In this document: positions 20,272-30,689 of the stretch, one piece after another
Numbering within the stretch: position 1 is the stretch's first letter
Layout of the letters: each line of letters begins with the position of its first letter
From: Abditibacteriaceae bacterium
GTDB taxonomy: Bacteria > Armatimonadota > Abditibacteriia > Abditibacteriales > Abditibacteriaceae
DNA: 64,000 nt
Reading direction: 5' to 3'
Assembly: GCA_965277285.1 (NCBI GenBank)
Contig: OZ255721.1
Location: forward strand, 2,752,001-2,816,000
The notes under the pieces: model-generated
What the model was told of the DNA's origin: nothing
Seen by the model: the letters and a program-made list of their open reading frames with translations, nothing else
Databases searched by the model: none
Translations under genes and position numbers: made by a program

Positions 20272-22119
20272 TTAGTGACCACCGGTAAAGACAACGCGCA
20301 TCACTTCTTCAACCGTTGTCAGACCATCGAGACACTTTTTGAAACCGTCTTCCTGCAAAGTGCGCATGCCGCCAGCGCGCGCCGCTTCCTTCAATTCCGT
20401 GAGCGGCGAGCGACGCACGATCATTTCCGAAAGTTCGTCGTTGATCTTCATCAACTCATAAATGCCCAAACGTCCTTTGTAACCCGTCTGACGGCAACGG
20501 TCGCAACCGCGCCCCTGCCAGAACTTCACTTCGGGATGCAAATCGGGATCGTGACCAAAGCGCAACAGAAGTTCGCGCTGCGGCTTATATTCTTCCTTGC
20601 AACCGGAGCAAATCTTGCGCGCCAGGCGTTGCGCCAATGCGCCCACCAGAGAAGCCGAAATCAGGAACGGCTCGACGCCCATATCGCTCAGGCGCGTCGC
20701 CGTCGAAGGCGCATCGTTGGTGTGAACTGTGGACAGCACAAGGTGACCTGTTAACGCCGCTTGAATCGCAATTTCCGCCGTTTCCAAGTCGCGGATTTCG
20801 CCGACCATGATCACGTCCGGGTCTTGCCGCAAAAACGCGCGCAACGCACTGGCAAAGGAAAGTCCGGCTTTGCGATTGACGTGAACCTGCGAAAGTCCAG
20901 GCAATTGATATTCAACCGGGTCTTCGACCGTCATCACATTTTTCTCGACCGTGTTGATGACGTTGAGAACGGAATATAGCGTGGTGGTTTTGCCGGAACC
21001 AGTCGGGCCGCAAATCATGAAGCAACCGTTCGGCTGATGACAAATATCCAGCAACTGTTCCTGCATATCGGGATAAAGCCCCAATTGATCCAGACCGATC
21101 AAAACCGAGCTTTTGTCCAGAATACGCATGACGACTTTTTCGCCATAAGCCGTCGGGCACGAGTTGACGCGCATATCGTATTCTTTTTCCTGCATCGTGA
21201 TGCGAATGCGCCCGTCCTGCGGAATGCGTCGCTCGGCGATGTTCATTTCGCTCATGATTTTGAGGCGCGAAATCAGCGGCCCCAGAACATATTGCGGAAC
21301 TTTCATTTGCTCGTGCAAAACGCCGTCGATACGATAGCGTACTCGAACGCCCTTGCGCTGCGGTTCAATATGGATGTCGCTGGCGCCGTCTTTAATCGCA
21401 TACATCAAAATCGTGTTGACGATGCGAATAATTGGCGCTTCCTGGCCACCGTCGGCATCAGACTGAACCGTATCGATGTTGCTCGATTCGACGCCCGTGT
21501 CTTCTTTCTTGATTTCTTCTTCTAAGTTGTCACGTTTCGCTTTAACCTTTTTATCGGGGTTGACCTCAACAGGTTTCAGCAAGCCCAACATTTCATCGAT
21601 AGACTCATCGAAACCAGCGTTTTCCGCAGCTTCGGGGCTGAGCGATGTCGAACCGTGTCCATTGCTGCCGTTGCCATTGGTGCTTATCACTGCCAACGCG
21701 CCGCTTCGCAAAGCCTGCACCTGCGTGGGCGGCGCGAGCACAGCGGAAACTTCCAGGCCGGTTTTCAAGCGCATTTCATCGAGCGCGAAAACGTCTTTGG
21801 GGTTAGCCATGGCGACCGTCAACTTTTTGCCGTCGACGCGAACCGGCACGGCTTTGTAGCGTTCCTGCATATCTTCGGGCAACACGCCGCGCGCGCCGGC
21901 ATCGACTTTCGCCGTGCTGAGGTCGAGAAAAGGCACGCCCATAGAGATGGATTGCGCTTCATAGACATCGGCTTCGCTGACGCCGACATCTTGCAAAATT
22001 TTCTCGAGCGAATCCGTAGTCGCCTGCTTGTTTTGCAACGCTGTCGCCGCTTGTTCTTTGGAGATTTTGCCGCGCTCGCCCAAAATCTGGATCAGGGATT
22101 TTTTCTTTTCTGGCGTCAT
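20272..22119 (-). CDS. pilB: type IV pilus assembly ATPase
   Basis: ASDIHIEP, PQDGR, GPTGSGKTTT, LRQDPD, tetracysteine motif, GYKGR. Confidence 0.95.
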   Translation of the reverse strand: MTPEKKKSLIQILGERGKISKEQAATALQNKQATTDSLEKILQDVGVSEADVYEAQSISMGVPFLDLSTAKVDAGARGVLPEDMQERYKAVPVRVDGKKLTVAMANPKDVFALDEMRLKTGLEVSAVLAPPTQVQALRSGALAVISTNGNGSNGHGSTSLSPEAAENAGFDESIDEMLGLLKPVEVNPDKKVKAKRDNLEEEIKKEDTGVESSNIDTVQSDADGGQEAPIIRIVNTILMYAIKDGASDIHIEPQRKGVRVRYRIDGVLHEQMKVPQYVLGPLISRLKIMSEMNIAERRIPQDGRIRITMQEKEYDMRVNSCPTAYGEKVVMRILDKSSVLIGLDQLGLYPDMQEQLLDICHQPNGCFMICGPTGSGKTTTLYSVLNVINTVEKNVMTVEDPVEYQLPGLSQVHVNRKAGLSFASALRAFLRQDPDVIMVGEIRDLETAEIAIQAALTGHLVLSTVHTNDAPSTATRLSDMGVEPFLISASLVGALAQRLARKICSGCKEEYKPQRELLLRFGHDPDLHPEVKFWQGRGCDRCRQTGYKGRLGIYELMKINDELSEMIVRRSPLTELKEAARAGGMRTLQEDGFKKCLDGLTTVEEVMRVVFTGGH

Positions 22120-22760
22120 GATGAACTCTTTACAGGCATTGTTTTCTGTCGCTGTTTCCTGCTGCGACAGTTGCTAACTGTTCTCAACAACGGAGATCAA
22201 CTCTCAAAACCTAAAACCCAACCTTGAGGCAGAACATCTCGAAAATGTGCGTGAAATGGTTATTGGTTCTTCCAAAACCACTGCAACAGTTTATGGCACC
22301 ACTAACGCTTTCCAAACCGAATAAGCACGAACCAAGGGAAGAACTCGAAAATCGCTTCAAAACGCTGGATAAACGTAAAGCTGTAATAAAAAAGAAGTGT
22401 ACTCGATTGTACTTGCCATAGCGTCGAAACGCAATGCAAGACTGTTTTCTACTGCGTCTTCAACTTCTTGAAGCGCTCATCGGCAGCGCTCAGCGATATG
22501 TCGCAAAAATCGCTTATAAAACAGTTAAAATAGAAAAGTCTTCGCCCAAAGCATCAACAAGTCGCTTATTGTCGCGCCTCGCATTGCAGAAAGGCCGAAC
22601 TAAAGCCTTTTTCCACAGAAGACAACGATTTGACAAACGTGTCCGCGTGCGAGTAGTTCGCCGAATGCGGCACGTTTCAGCAAATTCCATCGCACTACGT
22701 TTCAATTGCCGCTTTCATCGCCGTTTCAAACACCGCTTTCATCGCACGACGGGAGAACTT

Positions 22761-25700
22761 ATGCCACGCCCACGCCTTATCAACTCGGAAACTGCGTCCG
22801 CAGAGCCTGCAGCGGCGGACTTTGAAGAACGACGCAACGAGTACTCGAATCCGCCTGGGCGTCGTTCGCAAATCGCCGAACAAACTACTGAAAATCAATC
22901 GGATTCTTCAACATCGCGGGGAGTTGCTTCCAGACGACGCGCGGCCTCTTCAGGCTCCCATGAAACACGCGCCCTCGACGCAGCATTGCCAAACGATAAC
23001 AATGCCCTTGGCTTCGAGGAAGACGACGATTTTGTGGCGCAAGACGATTTCGCGCGCAAAGGAACGCGTCGCCCTTCGCGCTTGCGCAGCGAACCTTTGC
23101 GCGGCGAGTTGCGCGAAAGTTCGTTAAGAGAAAGTTCGTTGCGCGATGCCGCACGTCGTGCTTCTGCAGCGCAGGGTTCGCGTGATTCCACTTCGCTTGC
23201 AGCTTCCCGCAATGGCGTTTCGAGTACTCGATTGAATCGTTCTTCCACAAACAACGCTTCGTCGAACAATTCTTCCTCCAGTGGCGCGCCGCCACGCCGC
23301 TCTAACAATAAGAATCGCTTGCCCGTTCCGCCTGCGCCGCACACGCCGCGCGCTTTGTGGTACGAAATCGGCGGCGTGTTGTTGCTTGCTTTGGGCGCGA
23401 TGTTGCTGTGGAACTCGCGTTTGGCGACGCCTCACATTCGTGGCGCTTTGCCGCGTCTTTTGCTGGGAGTTTTGCGCTCGTTGTTCGGCATCGGCGCCTG
23501 GGTGGTTCCGCTCGTCTTGTGCGCGTTGGGCGTTTTGTTGATGACGCGCCATCATCGCGCCAATCTGCGCGCCTTTGGTCGCGGCACGCTCCTCGCGTTC
23601 TTGGTTTTGTTGACAGGCGTCCATTTGAGCGTTCCACATGGCCAAGAGTTCAAAGACGACGCGACCCTGATTTCGCACGGTGGACTTTTAGGCGCCGCCT
23701 TGTCGTGGATTTTACGCACGATTGCCGGGCCAGCGGGCGCGATTATTTTCTTGGTCGCGCTGTCAGTTGTCGCCGTTCTGCTATGGAGCGAATTGTCGCT
23801 GGCGCAAACCTTGTCGCGCTTACGCGCCGCCTTGCGCAATCTGCGGTTTTCGCTGCGCTCGCGCTTGTCGCATTCACGTTTGAATGCACGCCACTCGCAC
23901 GAATACGATGAAGATTACGACAATGGAATTGAACAAAGCGATGGCGATTGGCGCGATCCCAAGGAAATCGCTACGCCCGACGAAAACGCTCTCAGAGAAA
24001 ACTCGTCGCGCTCATCTTCGCGCCGTGCCTTGCAAGCGTCTGACACGAATATCGAGTACTCGAATCAGGCGCGTGGTCAAAATACGCCGCGCGTTTCGCC
24101 GTTTTTGCCAGTCGATGAACTGCTGCAAGACGATGCGCCCGCGCCAACTTTTTCGACACCAACTTTTGCGCCGTCACTTGCCACTTTGCAAAATGCGACG
24201 TCCAATGTGGCATCTGCGACGAACGTCGAACCAACGATTGAAAAGCCGCAGGATTTGACGCCCAAAATCGAGTTCACCGATGCGCCGCCGCCCGTTTCTG
24301 TCTTGGAAACGCCGCTCGAAATCGCGCCTCAAGTTGAAGAGGAAATGACGCCGACCGAGAAATTGGAAGCGCAGGCTTTGGCAACAGCGACTTTGGGTAA
24401 AGCGCCGATTCGTCGTCCGCGAATCGAAAAACCGCGTCGTCGTTTTGGCGACGGGCCGCTGATGCCGGAATATTTCGATGACGCGGTGCGCGCGCTCGAT
24501 CCGCCAATTGTGCCCGATTTGGAAGGCGCCGAAGAAGATATTCACGCGGGCGTCAAAGCCGTGACCGAAACCCTCGCTTCCTTCAAAATCGACGCGCGCG
24601 TGACCGATGTCAAACGAGGGCCGGTCATCACGCGCTATGAAGTGCAGCCAGCGCCCGGCGTTCGCGTCGCCGCGATTGCCGCACTCGACCGCGATATGTC
24701 GCGCGCGCTTTCGGCGATTGCCGTGCGCATCGAAGCGCCGGTTCCGGGCAAAGATGTCATCGGCATCGAAGTTCCCAACAAGAAAGTGAATCTCGTTCGT
24801 TTGCGCGATGTTTTGGAGCGCCACGACTTTTTGAGTACTCAATCGAAGCTGTCGTTTGTGCTGGGCAAAGACATCGCGGGCCAGCCGAAATGGGCGGATT
24901 TAACCAAGATGCCGCATATGCTGGTCGCGGGCGCCACGAACAGTGGAAAATCGGTTTGCCTGAACTCGATTATCGCGTCTATTCTCGTCCGCGCTACGCC
25001 CGAAGAAGTGAAGTTTTCTTTGATTGACCCGAAGCGCGTCGAATTGACGCTGTTCAACGGCATCAAGCATCTTTATCATCCGGTTGTGGTCGAGCCGAAA
25101 GATGCCGTCAAAGTTCTGCGCGGCATGATTGCGGAAATGGATCGTCGCTACAAGCGTTTCGCCGAGCGCGGCGTGCGCAACATCGTGTCTTACAACGCGA
25201 AACTCGAAGACGATGAAGCGCCGCTTCCTTATATAGTGATCGTGATCGACGAACTGGCCGACTTGATGATGACCGCCGCCGCCGAGTTCGAGAAGCTGAT
25301 TTGTCGCCTGGCGCAACTCGCGCGCGCAACTGGCATTCATCTTATCGTGGCGACGCAGCGCCCCAGCGTCAACGTCATTACCGGCGTCATCAAAGCCAAC
25401 ATTCCCAGCCGCGTTGCGTTTGCCGTCGCTTCGCAAGTCGATTCGCGCACGATTTTGGATAGCGTCGGCGCCGAGCGTTTAATCGGCAGCGGCGATATGT
25501 TGTTCGATGCCAACAATGGCGGCAAAGCGATTCGCATTCAGGGCGCATTTCTTTCGGAAGACGAAGTGAATCGCGTAGTCGAAGTCGTCAAAGCCGCTTA
25601 CGCCGACGACGAAACGCCGATGGAATACGGCCTGGACATTACGACTGTGACTGAAGACGACGTGAATGAAGCGAACGAGAAAACCGTTGCGCGCAGCGAA

Positions 25701-25910
25701 AAGAAGGACGAATTGTACGACGAGATTTTGGAATATGTGGTGCGCAACACGGAAATGAGCGCCAGCATGATTCAGCGCAAATTTGAAATCGGCTATCCGC
25801 GCGCCGCCCGCATCGTCGACCAGTTCGAGCGCGACGGCGTTCTGTCGCCCGCCAACGGCAGCAAGCCGCGCAAAGTCATCGGCAACGGGCGCGGCGTGGA
25901 AATGAATTGA
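22761..25910 (+). CDS. ftsK: DNA translocase FtsK with 4TM domain and long disordered N-terminus
   Basis: PHMLVAGATNSGKS, IDELADLMM, ATQRPSV, gamma domain SASMIQRKFEIGYPRAARI; GGGAG SD before ATG 22761. Confidence 0.95.
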   Translation: MPRPRLINSETASAEPAAADFEERRNEYSNPPGRRSQIAEQTTENQSDSSTSRGVASRRRAASSGSHETRALDAALPNDNNALGFEEDDDFVAQDDFARKGTRRPSRLRSEPLRGELRESSLRESSLRDAARRASAAQGSRDSTSLAASRNGVSSTRLNRSSTNNASSNNSSSSGAPPRRSNNKNRLPVPPAPHTPRALWYEIGGVLLLALGAMLLWNSRLATPHIRGALPRLLLGVLRSLFGIGAWVVPLVLCALGVLLMTRHHRANLRAFGRGTLLAFLVLLTGVHLSVPHGQEFKDDATLISHGGLLGAALSWILRTIAGPAGAIIFLVALSVVAVLLWSELSLAQTLSRLRAALRNLRFSLRSRLSHSRLNARHSHEYDEDYDNGIEQSDGDWRDPKEIATPDENALRENSSRSSSRRALQASDTNIEYSNQARGQNTPRVSPFLPVDELLQDDAPAPTFSTPTFAPSLATLQNATSNVASATNVEPTIEKPQDLTPKIEFTDAPPPVSVLETPLEIAPQVEEEMTPTEKLEAQALATATLGKAPIRRPRIEKPRRRFGDGPLMPEYFDDAVRALDPPIVPDLEGAEEDIHAGVKAVTETLASFKIDARVTDVKRGPVITRYEVQPAPGVRVAAIAALDRDMSRALSAIAVRIEAPVPGKDVIGIEVPNKKVNLVRLRDVLERHDFLSTQSKLSFVLGKDIAGQPKWADLTKMPHMLVAGATNSGKSVCLNSIIASILVRATPEEVKFSLIDPKRVELTLFNGIKHLYHPVVVEPKDAVKVLRGMIAEMDRRYKRFAERGVRNIVSYNAKLEDDEAPLPYIVIVIDELADLMMTAAAEFEKLICRLAQLARATGIHLIVATQRPSVNVITGVIKANIPSRVAFAVASQVDSRTILDSVGAERLIGSGDMLFDANNGGKAIRIQGAFLSEDEVNRVVEVVKAAYADDETPMEYGLDITTVTEDDVNEANEKTVARSEKKDELYDEILEYVVRNTEMSASMIQRKFEIGYPRAARIVDQFERDGVLSPANGSKPRKVIGNGRGVEMN

Positions 25911-26026
25911 AGCCAATTCGAGTACTCGATTTCGACAACGCCGAACGCGTGCAAATGCGTTCGGCTTTGTCGTGTGTGATTTAGTTATACCGACTAAATG
26001 ATTGAACGCCCCAAATTGTGAACGTC

Positions 26027-26100
26027 GTAGGGACGTGCGGCGGCACGTCAGGTATGTAAGCATCGCGCCAATCAACGGACGTGCCGCCGCACGTCCCTAC
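26027..26100. repeat. GTAG-type REP doublet
   Basis: GTAGGGACGTGCGGCGGCACGTC ... GACGTGCCGCCGCACGTCCCTAC. Confidence 0.85.
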
Positions 26101-26144
26101 ATTTTCGTTTGTAGCGTCCATTTTTTTGTTGCTATAACAACTTG

Positions 26145-27284
26145 CTACAGCAGCGATTCAGCGTGTGCGTTAGAGGGCAGCAAGATGGTGAAAGTCGTGC
26201 CTTTGTTGGCGCCGTCACTTTCGACCGAAATTGTGCCGCCGTGCCGCTCGACCAATTGTTGCGCAATGGACAAACCTAAGCCCAGGCCGCCGCGCATGCG
26301 GTTGTTCTCGTCGTCGCCCTGGACGAACTCGCGGAACGCCAGCGGCAGAAAGTCGCGCTCCATGCCTTTGCCCGAATCGGAAACAGTCAGCTTTTTGTAA
26401 TGATCGCTGTTTTCCAAACCGACCACGACGTGACCGCCTTCGGGCGTGAACTTGATCGCGTTCGCCAGCAAGTTGATCAGAATTTGTTGCAGACGCACTT
26501 CATCGCCCATCACGACATCGTCTTGCGTAGTGATATTGGTGTGCAGCGCAATGGATTTGGCGTTGGCGTCCGGTTGCACGGTCGAAATCGCCGACGCCAC
26601 GCTGGAAATCAGTTGCACGGGCGCCAGATCAATCGAGAGCTTATTGGTGCGAATGCGCTCGATGTCCATCAAATCGTCGGTCAGGCGCGACAAAGCGCGA
26701 ATATTGCGCTCCATCGTCGTCATCGCCATCACGCGCTGCTCGGCGTTCAACGCATCGCGCTGCAACAACGACAGCCAGCCCAAAATCGTCGTCAGCGGCG
26801 TGCGCATCTCGTGCGAAATGACGGACAAAAACTTGTCCTTGGCTCGATTGGCGTCTTCGGCTTGCTGTTGCGCCTGCGCAAGTTCTTCCTTGTCGTGATG
26901 CTGAGCCGTCAGGTCGCGCATGATTTTGACGACGCCGCGCGCCTGGTTTTCCTGGTCGCGCAGGCCAACCATCATACCGCTGCCCCAGAAACGCGCGCCG
27001 CCTTTACGCTGATGCCAGCGTTCGTCCACGGCGCGGCCCGCCGTCAGCGCTTCTTGCAGTTCCTGCTGCGGAACATCGTTCGCTGTGTCTTCAGGCGTGT
27101 AAATCAACGACGACATTTGCCCGATAAACTCGTCCCGCGCGTAACCCAAAACGCGCTCGACGCCCGGATTCCATGTCACGATTTTGCCGGAATTGTCAAC
27201 GGCGAAAATCGCGTAATCCTCGACGTTTTCGAGGAGCAACGCGGCCACTTCTTCCTGGGACAAAAACGACGCGTGTTCCGCCAT
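26145..27284 (-). CDS. PAS-domain sensor histidine kinase
   Basis: PAS (WNPGVERVLGY), SHEMRTPL H-box, NLLANAIKFT, DSGKG, GLGLGLSI. Confidence 0.93.
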   Translation of the reverse strand: MAEHASFLSQEEVAALLLENVEDYAIFAVDNSGKIVTWNPGVERVLGYARDEFIGQMSSLIYTPEDTANDVPQQELQEALTAGRAVDERWHQRKGGARFWGSGMMVGLRDQENQARGVVKIMRDLTAQHHDKEELAQAQQQAEDANRAKDKFLSVISHEMRTPLTTILGWLSLLQRDALNAEQRVMAMTTMERNIRALSRLTDDLMDIERIRTNKLSIDLAPVQLISSVASAISTVQPDANAKSIALHTNITTQDDVVMGDEVRLQQILINLLANAIKFTPEGGHVVVGLENSDHYKKLTVSDSGKGMERDFLPLAFREFVQGDDENNRMRGGLGLGLSIAQQLVERHGGTISVESDGANKGTTFTILLPSNAHAESLL

Positions 27285-27358
27285 AATCTCAGCTCCAAAT
27301 GCATTGGATTTCAGCAATCAGAAACTGCAAAACCACAACCGCGATAGTTGCGTTATGT

Positions 27359-27428
27359 GCGAAAACGCGTGTGCGGGAAAGCGTCCGCGAGAACGCGTAT
27401 GCGAAAACGCGTATGCGAAAACGCGTAT
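27359..27428 (+). repeat. 14-bp tandem repeat x5 (GCGAAAACGCGTAT)
   Basis: Units start at 27359, 27373, 27387, 27401 and 27415; the last two are identical and the array abuts a perfect palindrome copy. Confidence 0.85.
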
Positions 27429-27467
27429 CGAGTACTCGATATTGTTTTGCACGACGCGCCAGGCAAT

Positions 27468-28439
27468 TTACAAATCGCCGAAGAAGTTGTAAATGATGTC
27501 GTTGGCGCCGGGCAAACCTTCGTGGCCAAAGTCGGGATAAATCAGCAAATCTTTGGGCGCGCTAATTTTGTTATAAGCCGCGAACTGCGTCGAAGGCGGA
27601 CAAATCGCGTCCATCAGGCCGACGCTCATCAGAGTTTGTGCCCGAATGCGCGGCGCCAGATGCTGATTGTCGATGTAGCCCAAAGCCGTCCAGATTTCGT
27701 TTTCGCGTTGGTGGCGCGGGTCGAAATTGCGAAAATACTGGCGCAACTCTTCATAGGCGCCGCTCGCCAAATCCATTTCCCAGACGCGCTGATAATCGCA
27801 CAAAAACGGATAAACCGGCGCGATTTTCTTGATTGTTGGTTCCAATGCCGCGCACGCCAGAGTTAAAGCGCCGCCCTGCGAACCACCCATCGCACCGACG
27901 CGTGTCGCATCGACTTCGTCGAAACTCATCACCAGTCGCGCGAGTTGTGCGCAATCCAAAAATGTGTTGCGAAACAGCAGCTTTTCGGGTCGACGCTCGA
28001 GCGCGTCATCCAAACCGCGAATGATTTGTCCGTTCAACGTGTTACCGATGGTGCCGCCGACATCTTGCGACTTGCCGGCCTGACCGCGCACATCCAGCGC
28101 CGCGACGCTGAATCCCGCCGCGACGTAATTCAACTTGTCATTCCAATCGCCGCTGCTGCCCGAATAACCATGAAATTGCACAATCGCCGGATGATTTCGA
28201 GTACTCGATTTCGGGCGCAGATACTTGGCGTGAATGCGCGCGCCATTCATTCCTGTCCAGAACAAGTCGAAACATTCGGCAAAAGGAACTTGAAAAGAAG
28301 CCGGACGCAGCTCGATTTGCGGATCAATCGCGTACATTTCCGCTAATGATTTGTCCCAAAACGCATCGAAATCGTGCGGACGAGGATTGCGGCCTGCATA
28401 TCTCAAAAGTTGTTCGAGCGGCATATCGAGCAAGGGCAT
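27468..28439 (-). CDS. acetylxylan esterase / cephalosporin-C deacetylase (CE7)
   Basis: DFDAFW, FHGY, RGQ, GGSQGG, CPPSTQFAAYN, GHE. Confidence 0.92.
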   Translation of the reverse strand: MPLLDMPLEQLLRYAGRNPRPHDFDAFWDKSLAEMYAIDPQIELRPASFQVPFAECFDLFWTGMNGARIHAKYLRPKSSTRNHPAIVQFHGYSGSSGDWNDKLNYVAAGFSVAALDVRGQAGKSQDVGGTIGNTLNGQIIRGLDDALERRPEKLLFRNTFLDCAQLARLVMSFDEVDATRVGAMGGSQGGALTLACAALEPTIKKIAPVYPFLCDYQRVWEMDLASGAYEELRQYFRNFDPRHQRENEIWTALGYIDNQHLAPRIRAQTLMSVGLMDAICPPSTQFAAYNKISAPKDLLIYPDFGHEGLPGANDIIYNFFGDL

Positions 28440-28816
28440 AAAGGTTCCTTTGTACAGCGTAAAATAAGATTCGAGTACTCGATTTGGAAAGAGGCTTTTA
28501 TTTTAACGTTCGCTTGTTTTTTATGCTGTCCAAAGCGACATTACAAAAAGCGGCCGAGAACTTAGGTGCAAAATGAATATATTCGGGTTAGGCATTTTTT
28601 AGGCTGCATCGCGGGCGCTTACTTTGGTGCGACTTCCGGTTTGCATCACAGCATTATGTGGGCGGTAGTTGGTGGCGCTGTCGGCGCGTCGGTCGGCTTT
28701 TGCGGCGGTCGGCTTTTGCGGCGGTATAGTAGCGGGAATTTTGTTTATCCTTCCTTTCCAGTTGCTTGCCCCGATCGCCAACAAAGTTGAGAGTATGAAA
28801 AAGAAGCATTAAGAAA

Positions 28817-29419
28817 TCAGCGCCCGTCGAGAAAATCGCGCGTGACGGACAAGCATTCGCGCGCCGCCATAAACAAACGCGAGCGTGGTTGCGGATTTTG
28901 TGCGGGCGAAGGAAACGCGCGAATGCCGCAATCGCGGAAGTTGCGATGAGCGCGCCACAAATGATACGGTTCGCTGACAACAACGACTCGCGTCCAGCCA
29001 TGAGCGCGACAAATCGCCGTCGCGTTGACGATATTCTCCCACGTCGAATGAGATTGGTCTTCCAGCAGAATCGCGTTTGGCGGCACACCCTGACTTTGCA
29101 AAATTTGCGCGGCGCTTCGCGCTTCGGACGGCGCATGATCGCCGATTGCGCCGGTGCAAATTACAAACGGCGCCAGGCCTTTGCGATACAGCGTCGCCGC
29201 TTGCGTGGCACGTCGTCGCAAACTGTTGCTCGCTTGTCCATCGGCTTTGACGCGCGAACCCAGAACCACAATCGCCTGCGCTTTTTGCGCGCGGTCGGTT
29301 TGCCCATACGAATCGAGGAACGTCATCAACGCGCCGAACAAGGTCAGGCCGCCCAAACTCGCCGCACCAAGATAACAAAAAACGCGTCGCATTTTCCCCA
29401 CAGAGTTGTGCCGTTTCAT
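28817..29419 (-). CDS. YdcF/DUF218 family protein
   Basis: AIVVLG, SEA, EDQSHSTWEN, VVSEPYHLWRA. Confidence 0.9.
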   Translation of the reverse strand: MKRHNSVGKMRRVFCYLGAASLGGLTLFGALMTFLDSYGQTDRAQKAQAIVVLGSRVKADGQASNSLRRRATQAATLYRKGLAPFVICTGAIGDHAPSEARSAAQILQSQGVPPNAILLEDQSHSTWENIVNATAICRAHGWTRVVVVSEPYHLWRAHRNFRDCGIRAFPSPAQNPQPRSRLFMAARECLSVTRDFLDGR

Positions 29420-29504
29420 AACGACAATGGTAATTTGCGCGTCTGAAATCGGCGTTGAAGGCAGAAAGAAATTTACCGCGAAGGACGCGAAGAATCGAGA
29501 GATC

Positions 29505-29579
29505 GTAGGGGCGTCAGCTTGCTGCGCCCGTTTCGAGTACGCGATTGTAGAAACGGGCGCAGCAAGCTGACGTCCCTAC
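29505..29579. repeat. GTAG-type REP doublet (same family as 1915/2053)
   Basis: GTAGGGGCGTCAGCTTGCTGCGCCCGTTTC ... GAAACGGGCGCAGCAAGCTGACGTCCCTAC; the spacer carries TCGAGTACGCGA. Confidence 0.85.
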
Positions 29580-29595
29580 GAATCCACGTCATTCC

Positions 29596-30510
29596 TTAAA
29601 AGTTCAGGCCGTATTGCACCATATGATTTGGGTCGCACGGTTCCCAGCCGACGCGGATTTCCCAATGCAAATGTGGGCCGGTCACGAAACCTGTGGCGCC
29701 GACGCGCCCGATGACCTCGCCTTTGGCGACGCTTTGACCGACAACGGCCAGGCGTTTCGATAAGTGCATATAAACCGAAAAAATGTTGCAGCCGTGATCG
29801 ATCACGATGCAGTTGCCGCGCAATGTCGGCAAATATTCGCTAAGCACGACGCGCCCGTTGTTGGTCGCGCGCACCAAAGCGCCCGTTGGTGCGCGCACAT
29901 CAGCGCCGTTGTGCTGTCCCCACCAATGACCGTTGACGTAACGACGGCGACCATACGCCGAAGTCGAGCCGCCAACCGTTGGAACGATCCAGTTGCCGCT
30001 CCACAAAGGCGCCGGATACGAATTTTGCATCGTGCTCTGGACGCGTGCTTTCTCGGCAGCAAAAGCGGCTTTCTCGGTCATCTTGCTGGCTGTCGAACTG
30101 TTCATGGTGATGCGCTGCGTCGGAAAAACACGTTCGCGCGCCACAAATTGCGTTCTCAGAGTTTCTGTCGTTTGCTGCGCGCCGCGTTGAATGCGAACTA
30201 CGGCTTGCAAGTTAAAGGTTCCGCCATGACGGTCGAAGGGCAGGCCGACGAAGCCGCGCGCGCTGCCATCGTTGCGCCCATAAAACTTGACTTCTTTGGT
30301 GTCGAAGGCGCTCATGCTCAGCCCGGACAGTTTTTCGCCCGCTGCGGGATAAACGGTCAGCGTCAAAATATCGCCGGGCTGCGGATGAGCGGGAAAAACG
30401 CGCAACGTTGCGGCGCGCGTTTGCGAACACAAAATTGTTGATAAGAGCGACAAGCCCAGCGCGAATCGAGTACTCGATTGGGAAAAGGAAGAGCGAAATC
30501 GGGAAAACAT
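29596..30510 (-). CDS. M23 family metallopeptidase
   Basis: HNGAD, YMHL and TGPHLHWE motifs; signal peptide. Confidence 0.92.
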   Translation of the reverse strand: MFSRFRSSFSQSSTRFALGLSLLSTILCSQTRAATLRVFPAHPQPGDILTLTVYPAAGEKLSGLSMSAFDTKEVKFYGRNDGSARGFVGLPFDRHGGTFNLQAVVRIQRGAQQTTETLRTQFVARERVFPTQRITMNSSTASKMTEKAAFAAEKARVQSTMQNSYPAPLWSGNWIVPTVGGSTSAYGRRRYVNGHWWGQHNGADVRAPTGALVRATNNGRVVLSEYLPTLRGNCIVIDHGCNIFSVYMHLSKRLAVVGQSVAKGEVIGRVGATGFVTGPHLHWEIRVGWEPCDPNHMVQYGLNF

Positions 30511-30535
30511 GGAAGTGACCTTTTGGCGAAATGTA

Positions 30536-30623
30536 TAACGAACCCGGAGCGTAAGCGATGGGCTGAAGTGATAGCCACACGAGATCGTGACTTTAGCCCA
30601 TCGCTTACGCTCCGGGTTCGTTA
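30536..30623. repeat. REP-like inverted repeat, CGAACCC family
   Basis: TAACGAACCCGGAGCGTAAGCGATGGGCT ... AGCCCATCGCTTACGCTCCGGGTTCGTTA. Confidence 0.85.
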
Positions 30624-30689
30624 AGCGGGATAACGATACAACTTACATCATCGATTTCCTGTTGTAGATTATAATCACTTCCAACCTTT

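Noticed and set aside
22761..25910. Palindrome as an FtsK-orienting (KOPS-like) sequence
   Set aside because: KOPS must be polar, and a perfect palindrome carries no directional information.
28566..28790. 74-aa Gly-rich hydrophobic ORF
   Set aside because: It could be a small membrane protein, but it has a weak start context and no recognisable family.
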